64,000 nt of DNA from Megamonas sp. UBA1799. Its GTDB lineage: Bacteria; Bacillota; Negativicutes; Selenomonadales; Selenomonadaceae. Location: assembly GCA_002319815.1 (NCBI GenBank), contig DCFR01000008.1:52062-116061 (forward strand), in the 5' to 3' direction. Both the position numbers and the translations under genes were made by a program. Shown here piece after piece: positions 29,176-38,595 of this stretch. The notes below the pieces were generated by a model. That model searched no databases and had not been told where the DNA came from. It saw only the letters and a program-made list of their open reading frames with translations. Position 1 is the first letter of the stretch; every line of letters starts with the position of its first letter.

Positions 29176-29760
29176 TTGTCAATACCCAAAACGGCGTTAG
29201 TTATTTTACCGGAAATTTATGGCTGCAATGCCTTTGCTGTCGGAGTCCAAGAAAAATATCGTCAAATGGGGATGGCGGTATTTTGCCCCAATCTTTGGCT
29301 GCGGCCGCCATTTGGTTATTCTGAACTTTCGTCGGCTTATGCCTATTTTCAGCGTAATATCGGTTTTCAGGTTTATCGTGATATTGATTATTTACTGGAA
29401 GAACTGCAGGCGGCTTATGATCGGGTGCTGATTTTAGGTTTTAGTGTCGGAGGTACGCTGGCCTGGCGCTGCAGCGCGCTCGGTCATGCCGATGGCGTAA
29501 TTGCCTGCTATGGATCGCGGATCCGTGATTACCCCGAGGTTGAGCCGGTTTGTCCGACCCTTTTGTTATTTGCCGAACATGATTCTTTTCCCGTGATGGC
29601 GCTTATCCGGCAAATGAAAGGAAAAAAATGCGTCCGGACGCTTGTGCTGCCGGCAGAGCATGGATTCCTCGATGCGGAGGGACCAAATTATTGCCGACAG
29701 CAGGCAGAAGAAGGCTGGCGGCAGATTGAAGCCTTTATGATGCAGATTGTATCTAAATAA
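29176..29760 (+). CDS. dienelactone hydrolase-family alpha/beta hydrolase
   Basis: GFSVGG nucleophile elbow and C-terminal H in AEHGF. TTG at 29176 lies 7 nt after an AGGAGG SD; the track ORF starts at 29155. Confidence 0.7.
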   Translation: MSIPKTALVILPEIYGCNAFAVGVQEKYRQMGMAVFCPNLWLRPPFGYSELSSAYAYFQRNIGFQVYRDIDYLLEELQAAYDRVLILGFSVGGTLAWRCSALGHADGVIACYGSRIRDYPEVEPVCPTLLLFAEHDSFPVMALIRQMKGKKCVRTLVLPAEHGFLDAEGPNYCRQQAEEGWRQIEAFMMQIVSK

Positions 29761-29829
29761 GTCTAGGGTCTGCAACAGCCGAAGTGGTCTCTTCCAAATA
29801 TTTTATGCGCTGCTTTGCTTGGAATGTTA

Positions 29830-30282
29830 TTATTTGCCGCTGATTTGCATAAGGTAGTTTTTTCCGGTGATGATTTTGGCATTTTTTCCTTTTATAAAAA
29901 CGCCGAACAGAGAAACCTGAATGAAAAAGTTTGGCGGGGTCCCGCGCAGCGAGATTTTTCCGTATAGGGGAGAGTTTTTAGAAAGTGGTGTCTGAAGGGT
30001 TAATTTTCCCGGACAGCCCCAAGCGCTGCCTTTTTCTATTTGCGTGATGGTTCCTGTTAGAATCTCGCCGGCTTTTAGTGTTGTGTCCGGCGGTAGCGTT
30101 ATGTCCTGACAAAGGCGGAAACGCACCGTCTGACCGTTAACGGCATGGCCGGAATCAAGCGTATCCAGCGCGCAAACTTCACAGTTGGCAGCCGGCAGAC
30201 CCGGCTGCTTTTCGGGGGAAGCAAGAACCGGAGTAGCTAGTAAAAGCATTGTAAGGATAAGAAAAAATATTTTTTTCATCAT
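29830..30282 (-). CDS. secreted protein of unknown function (signal peptide)
   Basis: MMKKIFFLILTMLLLATPVLASP signal peptide. Last gene of the MarR operon. No recognisable family. Confidence 0.5.
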   Translation of the reverse strand: MMKKIFFLILTMLLLATPVLASPEKQPGLPAANCEVCALDTLDSGHAVNGQTVRFRLCQDITLPPDTTLKAGEILTGTITQIEKGSAWGCPGKLTLQTPLSKNSPLYGKISLRGTPPNFFIQVSLFGVFIKGKNAKIITGKNYLMQISGK

Positions 30283-30298
30283 AATCTCCAATCTATAG

Positions 30299-30312
30299 TT
30301 AGATAATGCTAA
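30299..30312. promoter_or_regulatory. candidate MarR box (TTAGATAATGCTAA)
   Basis: 11/14 match to the perfect palindrome at 31883-31896; lies between marR and the secreted-protein gene, within the larger inverted repeat TAGTTAG-N6-CTAACTA. Confidence 0.4.
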
Positions 30313-30326
30313 CTATTATAAAAAAT

Positions 30327-30758
30327 TTAAGACGTCGTCATTTTTGTCAATAAATATGCTAACTGTTGTTGTTCGTCTTTTGATAATTTTTGTACGGTTT
30401 TTTTTGCGAAGGCGGCGTACCCGTTATTTTCTAACTGCAGAAGATGCTGTCCCAAAGGAGAAAGTGCAAGATAAAAGATGCGGTGGTCGTCATCGGATTG
30501 TGTTCTTTCCACATAGCCTTGTTTGATCAGTCGGCTCAGAATGTTTGTGACGGTGGGCTTTTGGACATGAAACAGCGCGGCTAATTCGCTGGCGGTCACG
30601 GTAGGGTGTTCTTTGATACTGTGAAGGTAATGCAGCTGTGTGATGGTCAGACAAAAAAGTGCATTGTAATCGGGATTTTCCCGGTATTCGCGCATAGATT
30701 GCCGCATCGTTTCCGATAAACGGTCAATGGTTTGCATCATCAGCTGTACAGCGTTCAT
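30327..30758 (-). CDS. MarR-family transcriptional regulator
   Basis: 143 aa. LTITQLHYLHSIKEHPTVTASELAALFHVQKPTVTNILSRLIKQGYVERTQSDDDHR is a MarR winged HTH. Confidence 0.85.
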   Translation of the reverse strand: MNAVQLMMQTIDRLSETMRQSMREYRENPDYNALFCLTITQLHYLHSIKEHPTVTASELAALFHVQKPTVTNILSRLIKQGYVERTQSDDDHRIFYLALSPLGQHLLQLENNGYAAFAKKTVQKLSKDEQQQLAYLLTKMTTS

Positions 30759-30771
30759 GAGAAAAACTCCT

Positions 30772-31851
30772 TTATACGATGTTTTTCAACGGCCGTCGTA
30801 AACTGACCGGCGGCGGATAGGCGGCGCAATGGCCGATACGAGCGAGAAATTGGATGTTGGGCAGCGCCAGCGTCTTTTCTAACTGTTGACAGCAACCGGT
30901 TTCTTCCAGTGCCTGCGACATGGGATGCAGCGCTAGATTGTGCGCTGCGGCGCGCAGCCACAAGGCTTCCATCCGCCGACCAGTTTCCAGCAAATCGGCC
31001 GGTTGCTCGCTGGAACTGCGGCAGATAATCCAGCCGGCGCTTTCTTTTACTTGTGTCTCAATTTGTTCGAGACTGCTTTTTTGAAAAAAGGAAGAAAGTA
31101 CGTCTTTAGGCTGGATAAAATATTCCGCCAGCCATTTTAACCAAAAATCCATTTCCATCGTTTCGGGCGACAGGCCGTCTTGAAAGCGCTGCTGATCAAC
31201 GTGCTGCCAGCGAATCCACCGACTCAGTTCTTCTTGAATAGCTGGATTCCGACTTTGGTTCTGATTGGCCGTCCGTGTTAGTTCGGCTATGGTTTGTCCG
31301 GCAGTTGATGCGCGGGGAAAGAAAGTGGATAATCTGTCGTCTCCCAATATATAGGATTGTTCAGCGGCTGTCAATGGCGACGGCAAAAGATTGCGGCGCA
31401 GCGTTCGTCGCCGTTTCAGCAGCCAGGATTGGGTTTCATCAGGCAAAGAACCGGTTGGCTGCAAACCAATCCGGAGGCGTAGCGGGGATGTGGAGCTTAC
31501 GCTGTAGGATGCGTCGCAGCCGTATAGCGGCGCTGCTTGCAGTAGATTTTCCATAAAGGCGCCCAAGGATAAAAACATTTCCCGACAGCTGGGATCAGCA
31601 GCGGGCAGACAGCGCTTTTGGTCCAAGGAAAGCAGCCAGCTTTTTTCGCTTTGCCGCTGAAGAAACCAAGGCTGTGTATTATGACTGCTGGGGGCCAGCG
31701 AGGCCAGATAGAAGATATGGGCCGGCAAGTCATCCGGCCCGGCCGGATCTTTAAGGCGCAGCACGGGTTTCATTCGCAGCACTGGTAAAGCGCTACAGCT
31801 AATGCCCAGCGACAATAGCCCGGCTAAATAAATGAAATGGCGTCGGTTCAT
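30772..31851 (-). CDS. nitroreductase-fold (Acg-like) FMN oxidoreductase with Tat signal peptide
   Basis: N-terminal MNRRHFIYLAGLLSLG (twin-arginine motif). APSSHNTQPW is a nitroreductase-family motif. 359 aa two-lobed architecture. Confidence 0.7.
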   Translation of the reverse strand: MNRRHFIYLAGLLSLGISCSALPVLRMKPVLRLKDPAGPDDLPAHIFYLASLAPSSHNTQPWFLQRQSEKSWLLSLDQKRCLPAADPSCREMFLSLGAFMENLLQAAPLYGCDASYSVSSTSPLRLRIGLQPTGSLPDETQSWLLKRRRTLRRNLLPSPLTAAEQSYILGDDRLSTFFPRASTAGQTIAELTRTANQNQSRNPAIQEELSRWIRWQHVDQQRFQDGLSPETMEMDFWLKWLAEYFIQPKDVLSSFFQKSSLEQIETQVKESAGWIICRSSSEQPADLLETGRRMEALWLRAAAHNLALHPMSQALEETGCCQQLEKTLALPNIQFLARIGHCAAYPPPVSLRRPLKNIV

Positions 31852-31882
31852 AAAACACTCCTTTCAGTTGTTCTTATATTGA

Positions 31883-31896
31883 TTAGCATATGCTAA
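31883..31896. promoter_or_regulatory. candidate MarR operator, perfect 14 bp palindrome TTAGCATATGCTAA
   Basis: Lies 32 nt upstream of the nitroreductase start, in the promoter region of the MarR operon. Confidence 0.5.
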
Positions 31897-32069
31897 CTAA
31901 AATCATAACGGACTATTTTCTGATTGTCAAGTTTTTAAGTACAGAAAAATGATTTTGAGAAGTCAAAAAGAGTCTGATGTGTTATAATAAGCATAATTTT
32001 CTTCTTTGGTGAAGCTGGCTGCGGAGTCCGGGCAGAAAAGAAAATGACTTAGGCGAAAGGAGCTTATCA

Positions 32070-32969
32070 TTGGCGGATAAAGAGTTGGTAAAGGGACATG
32101 TGGCGGCTGTTTTTACAATTTTGATCTGGGGAACGACGTATATTTCTACCAAAGTGTTACTGCAGGATTTTGCTCCGATCGATATTTTGTTTTTGCGTTT
32201 TTTGATGGGATTCGCGGCTTTGTTTTGTGTTTGTCCGCAGCGCATCCGGGGGTTGTCCTGGCGGCAGGAGCTGCTGTTTGCCGCTGCCGGGCTGAGCGGA
32301 GTAACGTTGTATTTTTTATGTGAGAATGTTGCTTTGGTCTATACGTATGCGTCGAATGTCGGCGTGATTGTTTCGATTGCGCCGTTTTTTACAGCAATTT
32401 TTGCCGGTTGGCTGCTGCGGGGGGAACGTATGCACTGGTCGTTTTTCCTGGGTTTTGTCTTTGCTATATCCGGCATTTGTCTGATTTTTTTTAATGGCAT
32501 TATTAATTTGCAGTTCAATCCGTTGGGCGATACGCTGGCGGTACTGGCAGCGGTGATTTGGGCTGTTTATTCAGTGTTGACAAGAAAAATTGCCGGTTTT
32601 GGGTTTTCGGCCGTGGCGGCTACCCGGCATATCTTTTTTTACGGTTTGCTTTTTATGCTGCCGGCCTTATATGTGTTCGATTTTCATTGGGGGCTGCAGC
32701 GCCTGCAGAATCCAGTAAATCTGGCGAATCTGCTTTTCTTGGGACTGGGCGCATCGGCGTTGTGCTTTGCTACTTGGACTTTCAGTGTCAAAACTTTGGG
32801 TGCCGTCAGGACAAGCGCTTATATTTATCTGGTGCCGGTGATTACAACGGTCTGTTCGGTTGTCATTCTGAATGAAAAAATTACCGTTCTGTCGGCAGCG
32901 GGCATCGTTCTTACACTGTTTGGTCTGGTATTGTCACAAGGTTTGCCGCTGGGAAAGAAGGGGCATTGA
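32070..32969 (+). CDS. DMT superfamily (EamA) transporter
   Basis: 10 TM, two EamA repeats. TTG start with an AAAGGAG SD. Confidence 0.85.
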   Translation: MADKELVKGHVAAVFTILIWGTTYISTKVLLQDFAPIDILFLRFLMGFAALFCVCPQRIRGLSWRQELLFAAAGLSGVTLYFLCENVALVYTYASNVGVIVSIAPFFTAIFAGWLLRGERMHWSFFLGFVFAISGICLIFFNGIINLQFNPLGDTLAVLAAVIWAVYSVLTRKIAGFGFSAVAATRHIFFYGLLFMLPALYVFDFHWGLQRLQNPVNLANLLFLGLGASALCFATWTFSVKTLGAVRTSAYIYLVPVITTVCSVVILNEKITVLSAAGIVLTLFGLVLSQGLPLGKKGH

Positions 32970-33033
32970 GTATTGCTGTTTTCTGGTGGGCAGCGTTGGG
33001 CTTTTTTGAGCGGAGACAAGAGGAGGAAATTCC

Positions 33034-33858
33034 TTGAAGCTGAAAATTTTAGTTGATAATTATACGTTTATCGATCAGTATTATTTCGGCGAACCGGGTT
33101 TGTCTTTTTACATGGAAGCGGATGAAAAAGTTTATTTGTTTGATACTGGTTATTCGGCAATCTTGTTGAAAAATGCGGCGCTGATGGGGATTGACTTGAC
33201 GCGGCTGCATGCTGTTATTCTCTCGCATGGACATAATGATCACAGCGGCGGGCTGCGTTATCTGCAGAAGCTTTATGTGCAGCAAATGACAAAGCCGCAG
33301 TTGCTGGCGCATCCGCAGGCTTTTTTGCCACGGCGGGAAAATGGCTTGGATATTGGTTTGCCGGTTCCCCTAGCTGTTTTAGAAAAAAGTTTTCAGATTA
33401 AGATGTCGCGTGAACCGCTGTGGCTGAGTTCTCGACTGGTATATTTGGGCGAAATCGGACGGTATAATGATTTTGAGGGACAAGCCGCAATTGGGGAAAT
33501 ACAGAATGCCGCCGGCGGCTGGCAGCCGGATTATGTGAAGGACGATTCGGCGCTGGCGTATTGTACAGAGCAGGGGCTGGTTATTCTGACCGGGTGCTCG
33601 CATGCCGGAATTTGCAATATCGTCGAAACTGCTAAGCGCGTGTGCGGCGAAACAAGAATAGCGGCTATTATCGGCGGCTTTCATTTATTGCAAGCAAGCA
33701 AAGAACATTTGCAGGCTACGATCGGTTATTTGCGCCGCCAATCGCCGGGAGCGGTCTATGTTTGTCATTGTACAGACTTAGCAGCCAAGCTGGAATTGTC
33801 AAAAAATTTACCTGTATATGAAGGCGGAGTCGGTTTATCTTTGGCATGGGATGATTGA
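33034..33858 (+). CDS. MBL-fold metallo-hydrolase (COG1237-like)
   Basis: ILSHGHNDHSGGL motif. N-terminal KILVDN...GEPGLSFY is typical of this subfamily. Confidence 0.8.
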   Translation: MKLKILVDNYTFIDQYYFGEPGLSFYMEADEKVYLFDTGYSAILLKNAALMGIDLTRLHAVILSHGHNDHSGGLRYLQKLYVQQMTKPQLLAHPQAFLPRRENGLDIGLPVPLAVLEKSFQIKMSREPLWLSSRLVYLGEIGRYNDFEGQAAIGEIQNAAGGWQPDYVKDDSALAYCTEQGLVILTGCSHAGICNIVETAKRVCGETRIAAIIGGFHLLQASKEHLQATIGYLRRQSPGAVYVCHCTDLAAKLELSKNLPVYEGGVGLSLAWDD

Positions 33859-33984
33859 ACTCGCTTTTGCGCGGCTGTGATGCGCGAGATGCTGCCGCGG
33901 GATAAGGGGATTACCGGCAGGGACAGTTTGCAGTATAATAGAAGAAGCGGCCTATGATCAAATTTTGTCGGAGGGATGCTAAAC

Positions 33985-34590
33985 ATGGATAGACAAAAAG
34001 TGCTTTTAGCTTTACAGGCGAGGGGTTATGAGGCGGTTGCTTTTCAAACCGGTCGAGAAGCGGCAGCTTATTTGGATGAGAAAGTAAACGGCCGCTTGGT
34101 TGGTTTTGGCGATTCGGAGACGTTGATTTCCATAGGTTTGTATGCGCTGTTGGCTCGGCATAATGATGTTTATGATCCCCAGCATCCACGGGATGGCATG
34201 GATTTTTTTTCGACAGCAAAAAAATGCCTGCTGACCGATATCTTTTTTACTTCGGTTAACGGTATGGCGGAAACCGGTGAAATGGTTAATATTGACGGGA
34301 CGGGCAACCGGATAGCCGGTTCGCTTTTCGGCCATGAAAAGGTATATTTTGTCGTCGGCAGCAATAAAATTGCGCCCACGCTGGACGAGGCGGTGTGGCG
34401 GGCCAGAAATGAAGCTGCGCCGCTGAATGCTGCCCGGCATCATTATAAAACGCCCTGCGCTGTTCGGCAGGATCATTGTTATGATTGTCGCAGTCCGCAG
34501 CGTATCTGCAATGCACAGACCATTTATTGGCGGAAAATGAATCATATGGCAATGGAAGTTATTTTAATCGAAGAGCCATTAGGATTTTAA
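33985..34590 (+). CDS. LUD-domain (LutC/YkgG-like, DUF162) protein
   Basis: FFTSVNGMAETGEMVNIDGTGNRIAGSLFG is the LUD-domain core. The ATG at 33985 has better SD spacing than 33976. Confidence 0.7.
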   Translation: MDRQKVLLALQARGYEAVAFQTGREAAAYLDEKVNGRLVGFGDSETLISIGLYALLARHNDVYDPQHPRDGMDFFSTAKKCLLTDIFFTSVNGMAETGEMVNIDGTGNRIAGSLFGHEKVYFVVGSNKIAPTLDEAVWRARNEAAPLNAARHHYKTPCAVRQDHCYDCRSPQRICNAQTIYWRKMNHMAMEVILIEEPLGF

Positions 34591-34716
34591 TCCGAATCAC
34601 TTGGCAGCTTTGCTGCGGCCGTCTTGATAAGAGGTGCGTAAAGAGTAAATGAGTTCTCTATGTATATGAGGCGGGGGAATTTTATTGCTATCGGCAGGGG
34701 TGATATTTTGCATGTC

Positions 34717-35364
34717 ATGGCTATTAATGGCAGTCCGCGCCGGGAGTGGAATACGGCAACGTTGCTGAAACAGGCGCTGGCTGGAGCGGCTGCTGAAGGG
34801 GCTCGGACCAAGTTGGTGCATTTATATGATCTTCGTTATCGCGGCTGTGTGAGTTGTTTTTCCTGTAAAAAGAAGGGGATCCCGCATGGTGTTTGTGCGA
34901 TGCGGGATGAATTGAGTCCGGTACTGGAGAGAATGCAGACAGCGGATGTAATCCTTTTTGGATCGCCTATTTATCTGATGAATCTTAGTTCAGGAATGTC
35001 GGCTTGTATGGAACGTTTTTTATATCCGGGAACGATTTATAGTGATGCGGTGCCTTCGGTTTTTCCCAAGAAGATTGGTACGGGTTTTATTTATACGATG
35101 AATATGACGGAGGAGCAGGTTCGTTCGTATGAGCTGGAGCAGAAGTGGGAGATTTATCATTTTTTCACCAAAGCAGTGCTCGGTATAGAGCCAAAAGTTC
35201 TGTATTCCTATGATACCCGCCAGTTTTCCGATTATACGCAGTATGAATCCAGTCGGTTTTCGGCTGCGGATAAGCAGCACCGCTATGAGGAGCAGTTTCC
35301 TAAAGATTGTCAGGCGGCGCGTAAGCTGGGTGAGAAGCTGGCGCAGGAAGCTGCGGACCGTTAG
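34717..35364 (+). CDS. flavodoxin-like FMN reductase / iron-sulfur flavoprotein family
   Basis: MAINGSPRREWNTATLL...ADVILFGSPIYLMNLSSGM (NADPH-dependent FMN reductase fold) with a CVSCFSC Cys cluster. The start could be the TTG at 34708. Confidence 0.7.
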   Translation: MAINGSPRREWNTATLLKQALAGAAAEGARTKLVHLYDLRYRGCVSCFSCKKKGIPHGVCAMRDELSPVLERMQTADVILFGSPIYLMNLSSGMSACMERFLYPGTIYSDAVPSVFPKKIGTGFIYTMNMTEEQVRSYELEQKWEIYHFFTKAVLGIEPKVLYSYDTRQFSDYTQYESSRFSAADKQHRYEEQFPKDCQAARKLGEKLAQEAADR

Positions 35365-35465
35365 TCGCTAAGAGCAGCAGAGAGTGAGCAGCGGCGATTC
35401 TACGGAGCGTTGGTTGTCAGAGCGACAATTTTTGCGTACACTGGAAGCCAAGGGGGGAAAGTCTT

Positions 35466-35726
35466 ATGGATTGTGAAAAAGCAGGGAAGATGATCCGGAC
35501 GCTTCGTTTGGAAAAGAAAATTACGCAAAAAGCGCTGGCGAGTTGTCTGCATCTTAGTGATCGGACGATTTCCAAATGGGAGCGCGGTCTGGGATACCCG
35601 GATGTGGCTCTTTTGCCGGGATTATCTGAACTTTTGGGCGCCGATATCGGATGTATTCTTCAAGGTGATTTGTCCGTTCATGCTGCTGACGGAGGGAATA
35701 TTGCTTTGTTTGTCTCAAATTTGTAG
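35466..35726 (+). CDS. XRE-family HTH protein (possibly 3'-truncated)
   Basis: IRTLRLEKKITQKALASCLHLSDRTISKWERGLGYPDVALLPGLSELLG is an HTH_3 domain. The last few codons run into the low-GC insertion. Confidence 0.7.
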   Translation: MDCEKAGKMIRTLRLEKKITQKALASCLHLSDRTISKWERGLGYPDVALLPGLSELLGADIGCILQGDLSVHAADGGNIALFVSNL

Positions 35727-35762
35727 ATAAGGTACTTCGATCTTTGCCAAATTTAGAAAGGG

Positions 35763-36599
35763 ATGATGACTAAAATGAAATGTATTGTTGCAATCTTTTT
35801 ATTCTTGTTGTCAATATGCTCTTCGGTAAGCGCAACAGTCATAAAAGCTCCTGATGGTTCATATTATAGACAAGAAAACGGTCAGCCTGTCACCAAAGCA
35901 GCTGTAGAGATTGCAATCAAACGTGGTAAAGAAACTATAGAACCATGTGATATGAAACGATTGGATGAATTTGTATCACCATTTTATATTCATTATTTTG
36001 CAGGAAAAAAATTTTATACAGATAAAAATAATAAAACAGTTCCTTCGTATTACATAGAAATTAATAATAATATTAGTATATTCAATAATCGCTATGGCAA
36101 AGCTATGGGCATAGAAGAGCATTCCTCATGGAATGGTCCGGTTTATATTGATACAAAGACTGGGGCAAGTGTCGCTGATGACGAGGTAAAGAAAAAAATA
36201 GGAGATATAGAATTAAAAATTAAGATATCATTTTATTATCATTTAGCAATTGCGATTTTCTTATGTTTATTAGCTGCCGCGTTATTTTATATGTCCCAAA
36301 AAAGAAAAAATGTAAATAGGGTGGTGTGTAGTATTATGTTTCGTTATATCTCGATTGTTGCTAGCGTCATGCTTTTACTATTTATGATATATTCACTGTA
36401 TTCGGCAAATATACATTCCGATGAAATAACGACTATGTTAATCGTGACAGTTTTGAGCTTTATAAATATATTGGCGTTGTTACGCGTGGATATTGGTAAA
36501 GATTATTTTTCTGCGGTATTTCAACGTAAAAGTGCTGAAAATAAACTTCGCGCACTTGAGGCCGAAGAAAAGATTAAAGCAATCCAAAAAAGTAAATAA
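35763..36599 (+). CDS. low-GC membrane protein of unknown function (signal peptide, about 150 aa exo-domain, 3 TM, charged coiled C-tail)
   Basis: 278 aa ORF with Lys/Asn/Ile-rich composition. Signal peptide MKCIVAIFLFLLSICSSVSA. TM segments begin around LAIAIFLCLLAAALFYM. Confidence 0.6.
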   Translation: MMTKMKCIVAIFLFLLSICSSVSATVIKAPDGSYYRQENGQPVTKAAVEIAIKRGKETIEPCDMKRLDEFVSPFYIHYFAGKKFYTDKNNKTVPSYYIEINNNISIFNNRYGKAMGIEEHSSWNGPVYIDTKTGASVADDEVKKKIGDIELKIKISFYYHLAIAIFLCLLAAALFYMSQKRKNVNRVVCSIMFRYISIVASVMLLLFMIYSLYSANIHSDEITTMLIVTVLSFINILALLRVDIGKDYFSAVFQRKSAENKLRALEAEEKIKAIQKSK

Positions 36600-36878
36600 A
36601 GTTGCCTGCGCTTTTATTATTGCAAATTATGTTATATTAATATTTGAAATTTTTATGCAGGCTGCAGCCGGCATGGGTTATGGAAAGTGTCAGAGTAGAT
36701 GATGTCTTTTCGTGTAGCGGCTGGCGGGGAAGAGAAAGGCGGGAGGAAATGATTCTTTGTATTGCAAAGGCTTCATGCAAAGCTGAAACAGCGACGGCGG
36801 CATGAAGCGGTTTAGCGTTGCTGGTGTCTGGCTTTGCTGCTGACGATTATTTAATTTTACGGCAAAGAAGGCAAAAGA

Positions 36879-37556
36879 ATGAATTATAAAGTACTCGATA
36901 TGGATCAATATTATCGCCGCGGCGTATTTCGGCATTTTTCCGCCGATTGCAAATGTTCCATTTCAATGACCAGCCGGCTGGATGTGACTGATTTGGCAGC
37001 GTTTTCTCAACGTACGGAGACGAAGTTTTATGTTAATTTTCTTTACGTGCTGGCAAAAGTGTTGAATTCCCGGGAAGATTACCGCATGAGTTATCTTTGG
37101 CAGACACAGCAGGTGATTGTTTACGATCAGATCAATCCGGTGCAGTATATTTTTCATGAAGATACGGAAACGTGTTCACCGGTCTATACGGAGTATCAGG
37201 AGGATTACCCGGCATTTTATGCGGCTTGTATCGCTGATATTGTTCAGGCAAAGCAGCGGCGGGAGTATGGACTGGATATGGAGAATCATCCGAATTGGTT
37301 TGACGCTTCGTATATCTCCTGGCTCTCGTATGACGCTTTGCATGTGGAACTGCCGGATGGGTATCTCTATTTGCTGCCCATTGTGAATTGGGGGCGTTAT
37401 CGGCCGGAAAACGGCCGGTTGCTCATGCCGGTAAGCGTACGATTGAATCATGCGGCGGCAGACGGCTATCTTTTGGCCAAGGTGTTTTTGCTGCTGGCGC
37501 AGGAAATGGCGGTTTTTTGTTCCGCTGCTTCCATTGGGACAATAAGCCGGTCGTGA
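36879..37556 (+). CDS. chloramphenicol O-acetyltransferase-like (type A CAT family)
   Basis: MNYKVLDMDQYYRRGVFRHF..., FYVNFLYVLAKVLN and PVSVRLNHAAADGY align with CAT motifs, including the catalytic His of HHAVCDG. Confidence 0.75.
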   Translation: MNYKVLDMDQYYRRGVFRHFSADCKCSISMTSRLDVTDLAAFSQRTETKFYVNFLYVLAKVLNSREDYRMSYLWQTQQVIVYDQINPVQYIFHEDTETCSPVYTEYQEDYPAFYAACIADIVQAKQRREYGLDMENHPNWFDASYISWLSYDALHVELPDGYLYLLPIVNWGRYRPENGRLLMPVSVRLNHAAADGYLLAKVFLLLAQEMAVFCSAASIGTISRS

Positions 37557-37695
37557 CGCCGGTTGCATTTTCTGTTGAGCAGTTCGCGGTTCTCTGCGGA
37601 CTGCTTATTTTTTTATTGACAAATAGGATGGAAAATTGACAAGACAGATGAGGAGATTCTCTGTATTCTGATAAGGGGTGAAAAATTTGTATTGG

Positions 37696-38595
37696 ATGAA
37701 TAGTATGCAGCAGGCTATTGCTTATATGGAGGCTCATCTGCGGGAAGAGATCCGGGTGGAAGATCTTGCGGATGCAGCCCGCATGTCACCGTATTATTTT
37801 CAACGGGCCTTTCAGGTCATTACCGGGTATTCCTGGATGGAATATGTGCGGGACCGGAGACTTTATCTGGCGGCACTGACGGTTTTGTCAGGGCAGAGCA
37901 GAATCATCGATGTTGCTTATCGCTATGGTTACAGTACGCCGGATAGTTTTACAAAAGCTTTCAGCCGGTTTCACGGATTGTCTCCGGTACAGTTGCGGGA
38001 ACATCCGGACAAGCTGCGGGTATTTTTGCCGCTGAAAATCTCAATCACAATTCAAGGTGGGGATGACATGGACTATGTGGTGGAAAAGATGGCGGCATTT
38101 CGACTGATCGGTTTTTCAGAAAATGTGGCCATGGCTTCGGCCTATCAGGACATACCGGTATTTTGGGATGCGTTTTGTAAAAAGTATGGCAGCTTGTTAT
38201 CTTTGGCGGCCAAGCCGCAAAATGAGACCGAGCGGTTGATTGCTGCGCATACGATCGGCGAGTATGGAGTTTGTCTGGATGATTTGCCGGATAAGGGGCA
38301 ATTTCGTTATCTGATTGCCGGACGCTGCCCTGAAGAGGCGGCGGAAGTGAAAGGCTTGCATTCCATTGCTTTTCCAGCAATGGAATGGGCAAAATTTCGC
38401 GCGGCTGGTCCTTTGCCGGCAGCTATCCAAACGCTTAACACGCGGATTTTCAGAGAATGGATGCCCAATCATCCTGCTTATGAAATCAGTATGGCGGCAA
38501 GTATCGAATGGTATGGCCGGGGAAATGTGAGAGATGAAGCGTATAGCAGCGAAATATGGATTCCGGTCAGGCGAAGGGAAGGAGAAATGCGGTGA
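37696..38595 (+). CDS. AraC-family regulator with GyrI-like effector domain
   Basis: AraC HTH (SPYYFQRAFQVITGYSWMEYVRDRRL...GYSTPDSFTKAFSRFHG) plus a C-terminal GyrI-like domain. Start uncertain (37678 GTG, 37687 TTG or 37696 ATG). Confidence 0.85.
   Translation: MNSMQQAIAYMEAHLREEIRVEDLADAARMSPYYFQRAFQVITGYSWMEYVRDRRLYLAALTVLSGQSRIIDVAYRYGYSTPDSFTKAFSRFHGLSPVQLREHPDKLRVFLPLKISITIQGGDDMDYVVEKMAAFRLIGFSENVAMASAYQDIPVFWDAFCKKYGSLLSLAAKPQNETERLIAAHTIGEYGVCLDDLPDKGQFRYLIAGRCPEEAAEVKGLHSIAFPAMEWAKFRAAGPLPAAIQTLNTRIFREWMPNHPAYEISMAASIEWYGRGNVRDEAYSSEIWIPVRRREGEMR

Noticed and set aside
36662-36810. Short reading frame (MESVRVDDVFSCSGWRGRERREEMILCIAKASCKAETATAA*) downstream of the low-GC insertion, considered as a decayed remnant of the XRE gene's lost C-terminal domain.
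   Set aside because: The resemblance to the Cys-rich C-terminal domains I recall is too weak to assert without an alignment. It is mentioned only as a test within the insertion finding.
36600-36878. cat-type translational attenuation leader upstream of the CAT-like gene (inverted repeat GCTTCATGC...GCATGAAGC at about 36770-36810; GCTTTGC/GCAAAG near the SD).
   Set aside because: There is no convincing short leader peptide with its own SD. The stems do not clearly sequester the cat SD, so the evidence is insufficient.
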